NCBI GenBank assembly: GCA_024639005.1
Contig: JAHEJD010000005.1
Coordinates: 15,563-79,562, forward strand
DNA: 64,000 bases
From: Chromatiaceae bacterium
GTDB taxonomy: Bacteria; Pseudomonadota; Gammaproteobacteria; Chromatiales; Chromatiaceae
Reading direction: 5' to 3'
Part shown: in pieces, positions 41,372 to 51,600 of the stretch
Layout of the letters: every line of letters starts with the position of its first letter
Numbering within the stretch: the stretch's first letter is position 1
Translations under genes and position numbers: made by a program
The notes under the pieces: generated by a model
What the model saw: only the letters and a program-made list of their open reading frames with translations
Told to the model about the DNA's origin: nothing
The model's database searches: none

Positions 41372-42436
41372 CTAGGTGAGTGGCTGGCTGATAATCACTT
41401 CGCGATTCAACGCCTTGAGCTTAACACGTGCCTGCATCGCAGGGTTCATATGGATACGTCCGGCGTCGTCGGTCAGCATCACATAACGGATACCCATCAG
41501 TTTCGCCACCCGATGCCAATCTTCGGGGCCGGCCACGAATAGCGCCGTCGCCGCCGCATCGGCAGTCGAGGCAATGGGATGCAGCACCGTGACCGAGGTG
41601 GTTCCGGTCGCCGGATAGCCGCTCCTTGGATCAATGATGTCATGATATATCTCACCCTCCCAGGTGAAGCTGGACTCGTCGGGATCAGCGGTGAAGGCGG
41701 CCTCGTTGCCCAGGATCTCCAGGGTGGCCAGAATCCCACGACCCGCAGGCCCGTGCACAGCGACGCTCCACGGGTGGCCGTCCCGAGAACCGATCGCACG
41801 CAGATTTCCATCGGCAGAGATGCTTGCATTGTTAATTCCGAGGTCCTGAAGACGGGCTATCGCCTGATCAATGGCGTATCCCAGCTGTATGCCGCGAAAG
41901 TCGAGCTTTACCCAATGGTTCTTCGACGACAGCCGGAAGCCGTCGATTTTGATGTCCTGCATGCTCGGCCGAGCCGCCACCGCCTTTTGGATGAGGTCCG
42001 TGGCCGGTGGTTGCAGGCAGTCGGCCGGCCGTCCCTGGAACCCCCAGGCCCTTAGAAGGTGACCGATCGCCGGGTTGAACAACCCTTCGCTCTGCGCCTC
42101 GAGTTGCCTTGACAGGCGCAGCAGCGGTAACACCGAGGGGGGGGCGGCAAAGGGTTCGCCGCCTGCGTTGAACAAGGCATTCATGCGTGACACCGGGCCA
42201 GGTTGCCAGGCATGCCAGGCGCTCTCCAGCTGGCGCATATCGGCCTGCAAGATATCGGAGACCTCGTGTGCACGCTCGCGGTTTACGCCCATCAGCGTAA
42301 TTTCCAACGTCGTGTCAAAGGCCGATACCTGTCCGCGTGCGACCGGATCATGGTTTGCGCAGCCGGGTGTTCCGATCGCTGTGATCCACACGGCGACGAG
42401 GGCGCCGCGCAGTCGCGGCGAGGCAGGCATGCTCAT
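41372..42436 (-). CDS. apbE: FAD:protein FMN transferase (ApbE family), probable lipoprotein
   Basis: The sequence is ApbE-like throughout, with LGYAIDQA, SISADGNLRA, HDIIDPRSGYP and ADAAATALFV. The start ATG 42434-42436 forms an ATGA overlap with the gshB stop. The signal sequence ends ...AIGTPGC. Confidence 0.85.
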   Translation of the reverse strand: MSMPASPRLRGALVAVWITAIGTPGCANHDPVARGQVSAFDTTLEITLMGVNRERAHEVSDILQADMRQLESAWHAWQPGPVSRMNALFNAGGEPFAAPPSVLPLLRLSRQLEAQSEGLFNPAIGHLLRAWGFQGRPADCLQPPATDLIQKAVAARPSMQDIKIDGFRLSSKNHWVKLDFRGIQLGYAIDQAIARLQDLGINNASISADGNLRAIGSRDGHPWSVAVHGPAGRGILATLEILGNEAAFTADPDESSFTWEGEIYHDIIDPRSGYPATGTTSVTVLHPIASTADAAATALFVAGPEDWHRVAKLMGIRYVMLTDDAGRIHMNPAMQARVKLKALNREVIISQPLT

Positions 42437-43383
42437 ACTGCGAGTTTCTGCTCGATGCAATCCATCAGGGTGGCGCTGATATTCAGGCCGTACAACTGGT
42501 CCAGCTCACGTATACAAGTAGGGCTGGTTACGTTGACCTCGGTGAGGTAGTCACCGATGACATCGAGGCCGGCGAAAACGATTCCCTGCTCGCGTAGACG
42601 CGGCGCAACAGTCTCTACTATCTGTCGGTCTCTGTCACTCAATGCGACACCGATGCCGCTGCCCCCGGCGGCGAGATTGCCGCGATTTTCGCCGGCGGCG
42701 GGAATGCGCGCGAGTGCGTAGGGGACCGGTTCACCATCGATCACGATGATTCGCTTATCGCCGTCGCGGATCTCGGGGATGAAGCGCTGCGCCATGGTAT
42801 AGCGGGTTCCGTGTTCCGTTAGCGTCTCGATTATGACGTTTCGATTCGGGTCGTCGGCCCGTACGCGAAACACCGAGGTCCCGCCCATCCCGGCCAGCGG
42901 CTTCATGATCACATCCCGATGCGAGTCTACGAAGCCAATGAATTCTTCGTGGCTGCGGCTGACCAGCGTCGGCGTACAGACTTCGGGAAACCATGCCGTG
43001 TAGAGCTTCTCGTTGGCATCGCGCAGTGCACCGGGCCGATTGACAATGAGACTGCCGCGCGCCGCGGCCTGCTCCAGCAGGTAGGTGGTATAGACGTACT
43101 CCATGTCGAAAGGCGGGTCCTTGCGCATCAGTACCACGTCCAAGGTATCCAGCGCCTGGCTGCAGGGTTCGTCCAGCGTGAACCAGTCGTCGCGGTCGTC
43201 GCGCACCTCCAGCCTTCGCATCGTTGCCATGCAGCGCCCGTCATGCAGCGCGAGATCTTTTTGTTCCATGTACCACAGCGGGGATCCGCGGCGCTGACCC
43301 TCGAGCAGCATGGCAAAGGTGCTGTCCTTGTAAGTCGCGATGCCAGCGATTGAATCCATCACCACGCCGAGCGAAAAAGCCAT
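42433..43383 (-). CDS. gshB: Glutathione synthetase
   Basis: The start is refined to ATG 43381-43383 (MAFSLGVVMDSIAGIATYKDSTFAMLLEGQRRG). The C-terminal half has an ATP-grasp fold (MKPLAGMGGTSVFRV, NLAAGG). Confidence 0.95.
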   Translation of the reverse strand: MAFSLGVVMDSIAGIATYKDSTFAMLLEGQRRGSPLWYMEQKDLALHDGRCMATMRRLEVRDDRDDWFTLDEPCSQALDTLDVVLMRKDPPFDMEYVYTTYLLEQAAARGSLIVNRPGALRDANEKLYTAWFPEVCTPTLVSRSHEEFIGFVDSHRDVIMKPLAGMGGTSVFRVRADDPNRNVIIETLTEHGTRYTMAQRFIPEIRDGDKRIIVIDGEPVPYALARIPAAGENRGNLAAGGSGIGVALSDRDRQIVETVAPRLREQGIVFAGLDVIGDYLTEVNVTSPTCIRELDQLYGLNISATLMDCIEQKLAV

Positions 43384-43885
43384 TGGCCAGATATCTCCCA
43401 AGCTGCCGACAGGGCTCACATTTTTGACCCGGGCGCCGCTCAACGGCACCACAGTGTCCGGCTATTGTTGCAGACCAACAGGGCGCTTGCTATTTTCCCT
43501 CCCACTCGGCGGGTGCGACGGCTCGGTGCCCATGCCCCTACTGCGGCCGCGCGGGCCCATCGAAGGGCCATCAGCCACGTCGGTCGCAGGCTGATGCGGA
43601 GCCCGGATGCAACCTGGGGGAGCAGGTCTTCGCGGCGGCGGAGGCCCTTGCGGAGTTGGCGCGCCTCTGACGACGCGCTGTCTGCCACTAAGGTCGACCA
43701 GGCCGCGGCCGATAGCCTCAGCAGGATTCGCGCAGACGCAGTCGGGCCGCCCCGGGCGCTTGCCGCAGGGCCATCCCGGGGCCGTTGCCAAATGGGACAC
43801 CGAAGACGTTAGTCGCAGCGCTGGCGGCCGTTTGCGATCGAACATGTGAGCCGATGCGGCGCATGGCGCACTATTCGGAGGAGCG

Positions 43886-44290
43886 ATGACCGCCCCCACG
43901 TCTGCCAAATCTAGCTGTCGATCGAACACCGACCGCTTGTGCATTGTGTGCCGCGCGATACTGTTCGCTGTCCTGCTGCCGCAGGCCCATGCTGCCGACG
44001 ATGCCTATCTGCAGCTGCTGGATCAAGAAGTTATTAAGGTCGAGCGACCTGCGACCGATACAGGAATCGATGATGCCGCGTCGTCCAGGCCAACTAGTCG
44101 AGACCAGGCCCTACAACCGGTGTCGCGGGAAAGATTCGAGACACTGCTGAAACAGACGCGCGCGGGGACCTACAGTTTTTACCGCCGACTGCCAGAGCGG
44201 AGCCGCGAAGAAATATTTCTCGACTATAGCGATGGCGCCTCACTGGAGGCGTTGCGCGGAAAGATCGTAGATAGGTATTTGCATCCGTGA
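43886..44290 (+). CDS. Hypothetical small secreted protein
   Basis: This 134-aa ORF has an internal signal-peptide-like segment (LCIVCRAILFAVLLPQAHA/ADD), so the true start may be an internal TTG or GTG. Its stop overlaps the next gene's start (GTGATG). I recognise no family. Confidence 0.5.
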   Translation: MTAPTSAKSSCRSNTDRLCIVCRAILFAVLLPQAHAADDAYLQLLDQEVIKVERPATDTGIDDAASSRPTSRDQALQPVSRERFETLLKQTRAGTYSFYRRLPERSREEIFLDYSDGASLEALRGKIVDRYLHP

Positions 44291-44334
44291 TGTTCGAGTT
44301 TGGCGCAGTGGCGGCGAGTCGCACCAACGACAAG

Positions 44335-45060
44335 ATGGCGAATGTCGTCAAATGGTTGACGATGGTCTGCGCTGTATATGTCAGCGTGGCGTCTGCCAAA
44401 GACGAGCTGAAGATCGGTGAGGCGGCGCAGCTCATCCCGCTGGTCGAGGGCAAGCCCTACCTGCACGTGATTCATCAGGGACGCTCGGTCAAAGTGCAGC
44501 GCGTCCAGGATCCGGATTACGAACTCAAGGGATACTTCGCTAAGACCGGCCGCAAGTGCCCGCCATTTTGTATTCAGCGGATCTCTCCCGCGCCATCAGT
44601 GGCGACTATTGGCGAGGTCGAGCTATTCGAGTTCATGGAAACAAAGCTGCGCGATGGTAGCGGCGTTTTGATCGATGCGCGTACCGATTCCTGGTACAGC
44701 AAGGGCACAATTCCGGGATCGGTAAACTACCCATTCACCCTGTTCACCATGGAGAAGGACACCCCTGAGTTGATCGCAATACTGGAACAGCTCGGTGCCA
44801 AGACGCGTGCCGAGAGGGGCGCAGTCGAGCGGTTGCTCGAGGACTGGGGATGGGGCGACGCGCGCGACAAAACCGAGGTTTGGGACTTCACCGCGGCGAA
44901 AGATCTTGTGCTTTGGTGTAACGGGCCGGCATGCGGCCAGTCGCCGCGCGCAATTCGCGGTCTTTTGGATGCTGGCTATCCCGAAGACAAGATCAAATAT
45001 TACCGGGGCGGTATGCAGATGTGGCAGCTTTGGGGGCTGACCACGATCATGCCGAACTAA
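44335..45060 (+). CDS. Periplasmic rhodanese-domain protein
   Basis: The preferred start is ATG 44335 (MANVVKWLTMVCAVYVSVASA signal peptide); the track start is 44287. The rhodanese core is LIDARTDSWYSKGTIPGSVNYP ... LVLWCNGPACGQSPRAIRGLLDAGY. There is an additional CPPFC motif in the N-terminal domain. Confidence 0.7.
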   Translation: MANVVKWLTMVCAVYVSVASAKDELKIGEAAQLIPLVEGKPYLHVIHQGRSVKVQRVQDPDYELKGYFAKTGRKCPPFCIQRISPAPSVATIGEVELFEFMETKLRDGSGVLIDARTDSWYSKGTIPGSVNYPFTLFTMEKDTPELIAILEQLGAKTRAERGAVERLLEDWGWGDARDKTEVWDFTAAKDLVLWCNGPACGQSPRAIRGLLDAGYPEDKIKYYRGGMQMWQLWGLTTIMPN

Positions 45061-45097
45061 TGATCGGGCTCCATTCAGAATATACAGGGGACAGCGT

Positions 45098-45499
45098 GTG
45101 AGCAGTGAAGACGCAGCAAATATTGGCGGACTGAAGGTCATGGTGATCGATGACAGCAAGACGATCCGTCGAACCGCAGAGACGCTCTTAAAAAAGGCCG
45201 GCTGCGAGGTGTTGACCGCCACAGATGGCTTCGAGGCGCTGTCGATAATCGCGGACAACCATCCTGATCTGATTTTTGTCGACATCATGATGCCGCGCCT
45301 CGACGGCTATCAGACCTGTGCGCTCATCAAGCATAATGAGGTCTACCGCGACATACCGGTGATCATGCTGTCCAGTAAGGATGGCTTGTTTGATCGGGCG
45401 CGCGGGCGAATCGTTGGCTCGGAGCAGTATTTAACCAAGCCGTTCACCCGCGATGAGCTGCTTGGGGCGATAAAGAAACACGCTGCCAAGGCCGCCTGA
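45098..45499 (+). CDS. pilG: Type IV pilus response regulator PilG (CheY-like)
   Basis: It starts at GTG after AGGGGA. The sequence LKVMVIDDSKTIRRTAETLLKKAGCEV ... IFVDIMMPRLDGYQTCALIK ... YLTKPF is near-identical in pattern to Pseudomonas PilG as I recall it. Confidence 0.95.
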   Translation: MSSEDAANIGGLKVMVIDDSKTIRRTAETLLKKAGCEVLTATDGFEALSIIADNHPDLIFVDIMMPRLDGYQTCALIKHNEVYRDIPVIMLSSKDGLFDRARGRIVGSEQYLTKPFTRDELLGAIKKHAAKAA

Positions 45500-45533
45500 C
45501 GCGGATTTCCGCTGACAGGACCAATTGAAACCC

Positions 45534-45896
45534 ATGGCCAAGATTTTGATCGTCGACGACTCAGCGACCGAACTGCACGTGCTGGCAAAGATTTTGCAGC
45601 AGGCCGGGCATCAGCCATTGACCGCCGCAGATGGCGAGGCCGGGATAGCCGCCGCCAAATCACAATCTCCCGATGCAATCCTGATGGATGTGGTAATGCC
45701 CGGTATCAACGGCTTCCAGGCGACCCGCAAGCTCAGCCGCGATCCCAAGACTCGGCATATCCCGGTCTTGATGGTCACAACCAAGGATCAGGAAACGGAC
45801 AGAGAATGGGGAATGCGGCAGGGGGCAAAGGGCTATCTCGTGAAACCGGTCGACAGCGGAGAGCTGTTGCATCAGATCGACGAGTTACTGAGATGA
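45534..45896 (+). CDS. pilH: Type IV pilus response regulator PilH (CheY-like)
   Basis: The start is refined to ATG 45534 (MAKILIVDDSATE ... ILMDVVMPGINGF ... YLVKPV). Confidence 0.9.
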   Translation: MAKILIVDDSATELHVLAKILQQAGHQPLTAADGEAGIAAAKSQSPDAILMDVVMPGINGFQATRKLSRDPKTRHIPVLMVTTKDQETDREWGMRQGAKGYLVKPVDSGELLHQIDELLR

Positions 45897-46462
45897 GTTT
45901 CATGATGGAACGGGCACAGCATGTGCTGACGAGTGCCGATGCAATGGCCCTGCTCGCGGACATAGAGCAGCGTTGCCGGCTGGCGGCACAGCGGCTGCCG
46001 GAGACGGACGCAGCGCAAGACGTCTGGGACGGTCTGGTGTTCAGCATTGCAGGCGTACGCGTGGTTGCCGCCATGAATGAAGTCAGTGAGATGCTGCCCA
46101 ATCGGGACAGAATCACCCGCGTGCCCGGCTCGCGGCCGTGGATGATTGGTCTGGCCAATGTTCGGGGAAGTCTGCTGCCCGTAATCGACCTGCAGGCCTA
46201 TCTCGGGGGCAAGACGGTCGTGGCGTCCAAGGCGGCGAGGATCCTGGTTCTGCGTTTGCACGGACTGGTTGCGGGGCTCCTGGTCCCTTCTGTGCAGGGG
46301 ATGCGGCATTTCAATCTGAGTGATCGTCTGCCGGATGCCCGGATGAAGGGTGCGCTTGGCGCCTATGTCTACGAGGCGTTCAGTATCGATGGCGCCGTCT
46401 GGCCGGTGTTCAGCATGTCGGCGCTGGCGGCAGACCCTGAGTTTCGCACCGCTGCTGCCTGA
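45893..46462 (+). CDS. pilI: CheW-like coupling protein PilI
   Basis: The start ATG 45893 forms an ATGA overlap with the pilH stop. It is a CheW-fold sequence (VFSIAGVRVVAAMNEVSEML ... GLANVRGSLLPVIDL). Confidence 0.85.
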   Translation: MSFMMERAQHVLTSADAMALLADIEQRCRLAAQRLPETDAAQDVWDGLVFSIAGVRVVAAMNEVSEMLPNRDRITRVPGSRPWMIGLANVRGSLLPVIDLQAYLGGKTVVASKAARILVLRLHGLVAGLLVPSVQGMRHFNLSDRLPDARMKGALGAYVYEAFSIDGAVWPVFSMSALAADPEFRTAAA

Positions 46463-46560
46463 GGGCATGAGATGTACACAGAATGCATGCACTACTGCCG
46501 AAGGAATCGCACCGTCGAAAGCCTGCGTAGCGCTGTGCTAACCGGTTCAGGACTAGTGTT

Positions 46561-48615
46561 ATGAGAAAAACAGCAAAAACCCCGGTGGACAGCAATCGGA
46601 CCATACCTTTGCTCGCCGTATTGGTGCTTGTCACCGTTGTAGCAGCGATTGCGGCCTTCACGCTGCTGTCGCGCGCAGAGCAACATGGAGAGCAGTATGT
46701 GCAACGCGTCGCGGAGCAGCAGGTTCTCGGTCAGAAGATCGCGAAATACGCACTGGAGGCCTCCGCCGGGGGGCTGGCTTCGTTCGAGCGTCTGCGAAGC
46801 GACCGGGACCGCTTCATTACGCTCCTCGATGAGCTGAAGAGCGGCGCGCGCGATGCCGGGCTCCCGGCGTCGCCGGAATCCATGTCGGAGCCGTTGCGCG
46901 AGGTGGAGGATCGCTGGCTGACGCTGCGGGCCCATGTCGACGAGATCCTGGCCAACCAGAACGCGATCCTCTCGATCCGCAAGTATGTCGATGTCATCAA
47001 CAATGGCATTCCCAAACTCCAGACCGTCTCCGAGGACATTGTGCGCACCCTGGTAAGCTCCCGGGCCGACCCGCAGCAGGTGTTCGTCGCCGCACGCCAG
47101 CTCATGCTCGCGCAGCGTCTACGTGATAACGTCAGCCGGGTGCTGGCCGGTGGCACACAGACGGCCGCAGCGATTGATCAGTTCAGCGCAGATGCGGACC
47201 GCTTCGGCAAAGTGCTCAGTGGTATGTCGACTGGCGACGTCGAGCTGGGCGTCGCGCGTGTCAGCAATGCGGGTGCGGAAGCGAAAATCAAGCAGGCGAC
47301 CAGGCAGTTCCGCCCGATCAACGATCTCATCACGGAGATAGTCGACCTGTCTCCCGATGTGCTTCCGGCACTCGAGGCGACTGGCGAGGTGACGCCGGCA
47401 TCCGATGCGCTCGACAAAGCCACCAGCGATCTGAGGGCCGCTTTTAACAGCGGACAGTACGGAAGCACGCTGGGTCCGGTCAGCCTCGGGCCGACGCTGG
47501 TGACCGTGCTTGGTCTGCTGGCCATTGTGCTGCTGCTGATGCTGGGTCTTGCGCTGCTGCGCGGCGCTCGGGCGCGTGCGCAGATGGCAGACCAGCAGAA
47601 CCTCCGCAACCAGGCCGCGATCCGTCGACTGCTCGATGAGATGGTCGATCTGTCCGATGGTGACCTGACGATCGAAGCCACGGTAACGGAAGATATCACC
47701 GGTGCCATCGCAGACTCAGTAAACCAGGCGGTCGAGGAGATGCGCAACCTGGTAACCACCATAAACGAGACGTCAGTGCGGGTCTCGGCGTCGGCGCAAG
47801 AGACGCGTGGCACGGCACTGAGTCTTGAGGAGGCATCGGATCATCAGCGCAACCAGATCGAAAATGCGACATCGACGGTGCAAGCCATGTCGCAGGCGAT
47901 GAGCGACATGGCCGCCGAGGCGAGCAGATCGGCCGCGATCGCCCAGCAGTCAGTCGATATCGCAGCGGCTGGAGGTTCTACCGTGCGCCGCACCATTCAC
48001 GGTATGGACAATATACGCGAGCAGATACAGGAGACCTCGAAGCGTATCAAGCGTCTCGGTGAAAGCTCGCAGGAGATCGGCAACATCGTTGAGTTGATCG
48101 AAGATATTGCGGATCAGACCAATATTCTGGCCCTCAACGCGGCAATGCAGGCGGCTGCGGCGGGTGAGTCCGGGCGCGGGTTTGCGGTCGTAGCCGACGA
48201 GGTGCAGCGTCTGGCAGAGCGCTCGGCCAATGCGACCAAGCAGATCGATGCGCTGGTCAAGACCATTCAGGCGGACACCAACGAGGCGGTCAACTCGATG
48301 GAGGCCAGTACGACAGAAGTTGTAGGTGGCGCCAAGCTGGCAGAAGACGCCGGTGAGGCCCTGCAGCGAATCGAACAGGTTTCACAGGAGATCGCCAAGG
48401 CAACAGAAGCGATGACAGATCATCTCCAGCAACAATCGCGCGATGTAGGGTCGATCAACGACACCATGAGCGTGATTCAGCAGATTACCAGCCAAACCTC
48501 GGAAGGTACCGAGCAGACCACGCAGTCCATCGAGACCCTTGCCCAGATGGCCGAGCAACTTCGCCAGACCGTCGCGCGCTTCAAGCTGCCCGACGACGAT
48601 GCCATGGTCGGCTAA
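46561..48615 (+). CDS. pilJ: Methyl-accepting chemotaxis protein PilJ
   Basis: It has an N-terminal TM segment plus a PilJ-type periplasmic domain, then a second TM segment. It carries the highly conserved MCP signalling hairpin [40 protein letters not shown]. Confidence 0.9.
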   Translation: MRKTAKTPVDSNRTIPLLAVLVLVTVVAAIAAFTLLSRAEQHGEQYVQRVAEQQVLGQKIAKYALEASAGGLASFERLRSDRDRFITLLDELKSGARDAGLPASPESMSEPLREVEDRWLTLRAHVDEILANQNAILSIRKYVDVINNGIPKLQTVSEDIVRTLVSSRADPQQVFVAARQLMLAQRLRDNVSRVLAGGTQTAAAIDQFSADADRFGKVLSGMSTGDVELGVARVSNAGAEAKIKQATRQFRPINDLITEIVDLSPDVLPALEATGEVTPASDALDKATSDLRAAFNSGQYGSTLGPVSLGPTLVTVLGLLAIVLLLMLGLALLRGARARAQMADQQNLRNQAAIRRLLDEMVDLSDGDLTIEATVTEDITGAIADSVNQAVEEMRNLVTTINETSVRVSASAQETRGTALSLEEASDHQRNQIENATSTVQAMSQAMSDMAAEASRSAAIAQQSVDIAAAGGSTVRRTIHGMDNIREQIQETSKRIKRLGESSQEIGNIVELIEDIADQTNILALNAAMQAAAAGESGRGFAVVADEVQRLAERSANATKQIDALVKTIQADTNEAVNSMEASTTEVVGGAKLAEDAGEALQRIEQVSQEIAKATEAMTDHLQQQSRDVGSINDTMSVIQQITSQTSEGTEQTTQSIETLAQMAEQLRQTVARFKLPDDDAMVG

Positions 48616-48632
48616 CTGAGGATGACGCCATC

Positions 48633-51600
48633 ATGATGCCAGAACTGCGCCAGGACCGAAGCACTCTCCGCTGGATTCGCGGTGAGCTAGACCAGACTCT
48701 GCGCGAGGCGCGGAATTCGCTCGAGGATTTCGTGGAGGGACAGAATGAACGCCTAGGCGAGTGTGTTGATCGCCTGCACCATGTGCATGGTGTGCTGGAG
48801 ATGGTACAGGTTTACGGTGCCGCGATGCTCGCTGACGAGATGGAGCAGCTCGCACTTGCCCTGTCGCAGGGGCAGGTCAAGCGGCCGGAATCTGCCGCTG
48901 AGGCTTTGATGCTGGGTGTGGTCCAGCTGCCGGCCTATCTCGAGAAAATCGAGGGCGGTAGCGCGGATATCCCTCTGGCGTTGCTGCCGTTGATGAACGA
49001 TCTGCGCGCCGCACGTGATGCTGCGCTGGTTACCGAGACATCGCTGTTCGCCCCCAAGCTCAATTCTGTGATAGCCGCGGATACGGTGCGCCCAGGTTCG
49101 GGGAACCGCGATTTGCCGCGCATTATTCAACATCAGCGCAGTCATTATCATCGCGGGCTATTGAACTGGATCCGTGGACAGGATGAACGTGCGGCGCTAA
49201 CCCAGATCCGCGACGTACTGGATCTGCTCAACAGTGCATCGGGAACGGCCCGCCTGCGGCGCCTGCTGGATGCCGGTGAGGCGCTGGCGACGGCATTGCT
49301 CGAGCAAGACGAGGCGCCTGCGCTCGCCGTCAAGCCGCTGTTCGGCAAGATCGATCGGGTCTTCAAGCGGGTGATGGATCAGGGCGAAGAAGCGGCGATG
49401 CTGGATTTCCCGATCGATGTACTGAAGAACCTCCTGTACTACATTGCCCGGTCGAATTCTCAGGACCCGGCGGTCCTCGCGGTAAAGCAGGCGTCGGATC
49501 TTGCCAATGCGTTCCCGGAGCAGCTGGGCGACAGTATGACGGTCGGCGCCTTGGGTGGGCCGGATCGTGAACTTTTCCAGGCGGTGGGTGAAGCGCTCTC
49601 GCAAGATCTGCGCGACGTCAAAGATCAGCTCGATCTGTTCATGCGCAGCGATCGAAGTCAGCTCGATCGCCTGACGCGTCTCGCGCCGGCGCTGCAGCGG
49701 ATCGGGGATACCTTCGGGATGGTGGGTCGAGGCGAGCTACGCAGCCGACTGAAACATCGCGGTGATGAGCTGCGCGAGGTCGAGCGGTCTGGCGAGATGC
49801 CGTCGGACGATGGCCTCATGGCGTTGGCCGGCGATCTGTTGCTGGTAGAATCTTCGCTCGCCAGTCTCTCTTCGGTTGAAACGCCAATCGCCGATTTTGA
49901 TGGGGCGATGGAAGGCACGGTGCCGCAGGTGCTTTCTGAAGGCGAAATGCAGCAGCATTTGCGCACCGCTGTGGATGAAGCGCTGGTGGAGCTTGCCAGG
50001 ATAAAGGACAGCATACTCGCGTATCTGGATACACCTGAACAGAATGCCCTCCTGCAAGATGTTCCGCAGCGTCTGCACGCCGTTGCCGGGGCCCTGCGGA
50101 TGCTGGATCTGCCCGATGCGGCGGGGCTTTTGGAGACGCTGGAGCCTTATGTCGACGGTCTCGCGGGTGGTCAGCAGCTGGTGCCTGACGCTGAACGTCG
50201 AGATGCCCTGGCGGACGTCATTATCAGCGCCGAGCTTTATATGCAGAGCGCAGTGGAACCAGGGGGTGACCGAAGCAGGCTGCTGGCCTATGCGCACCGG
50301 GGGCTGGAGACACTGGCGCTGCGGGAGTCCGTCACCGAGTTGCCGACGTTTCGCAGCAAGTCTGCGGAGTCGGATGCTGACCTAGCCATCCATGATACCG
50401 GCGACGCACCGGTCGCCGGCACCCCGCCCGGCGACGAAGCGCTTGCCGGTGCGGCTCCGGAGATTCCCACAGATGCCTTCGCCGGCCAGCCTGGCGAATC
50501 GCCTGAGGAACACGCAGCGATCGAGGAGCCTGTGCATTCTCCCGAAACGGCCGTTGCCGAACCGTCGGCCGGCGATGCCGTGGACACAGCAGGGGATCTG
50601 GTCGATGCCGAGATCCTCGAGATCTTCGGGGAAGAGGCAGAGGAGGAACTGCAGTCAGTTCAGCGCTGCTATCCGCAGTGGCGTGACAATCGGGACGATG
50701 GTGACTCCTTAACCACCATGCGTCGCTCTTTTCACACCCTCAAAGGAAGTGGACGAATCGTGGGTGCGACCAAGCTCGGTGAATTTGCCTGGTCGGTTGA
50801 GAACCTGTTGAACCGCGTCATCGATGGAACGGTTGAAGTGTCCTCGGCTGTCACCGAAGTGATGGATCGGGTAGTCGAGGTGTTGCCCGAGCTGGTGGCC
50901 GAGAGCATCACCCCGGGAGATGATGCGGTCGACGTTTCGGCATTGTCCGAGCGCGCCTTCGCACTGGCCTCGTCCACGCAGGCCGAAACAGCGGCCGGTC
51001 AGGAGGCCGCGATCCCGGATGAGGTGACGGCAGCAGCGGCGGAAGAAGCCACCGTCGAGCCGCCCGTTGTCATGGATGAGGTCGGCGACGCGGACTTGTC
51101 CGGTGATGCAGAAGTTCAAGCGACGATGTCGCCACACGAGGCCTTGCCTGAGCCCGCGGAGCAGCCCGATGTGGAGCCTGCTGTCACAGAAACTCTGGCC
51201 GCTGTTACGGAATCGCTCGAGGAATCGATTCCTACCGCCGTCGAGGGGCAAGATTCGCAGTTTGCCGAGGTCGAAGATTCGAACCTGAACGGCGCCGACT
51301 CCATGCTGAGCGACGTGTTCCTCAACGAGGCGAGGGGACACCTGCAGGTCCTGGCAGACTTCATCGAACGAGGTCATCGCGAGGCGGATGGCTGCACGTT
51401 TGATGAAGACCTGCGACGTGCCATGCATACTCTGCGAGGCAGCTCACGCACTGCGCAGGTGCAACCGGTTGCGGAGTTGGCCGCCGCGCTGGAGAATCTC
51501 GGCAACACCTTGCATGGTCTGGGCCGCCACACGGATGCGGGAATCCTGAATCTGCTGGATCGCAGTAACGCCATGCTGTCCGACCTGCTCCACCATTTGG

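Noticed and set aside
40417-41379. A 320-aa + strand ORF antisense to tonB
   Set aside because: It is a shadow ORF. The minus strand encodes a TonB with a TM anchor, a proline-rich spacer and a C-terminal domain.
43459-43471. The 13-mer cggctattgttgc, shared with 58288-58300 in another intergenic region
   Set aside because: By my estimate, tens of exact 13-mer coincidences are expected in a 64-kb window counting both strands. The flanks do not align, so I treat this as chance.
43462-43944. ORFs of 160 aa (-), 115 aa (+), 80 aa (+) and 82 aa (-) inside the gshB-pilG proximal gap
   Set aside because: None has a plausible RBS, domain or composition. They are kept only as part of the 'unexplained GC-rich gap' finding, not as genes.
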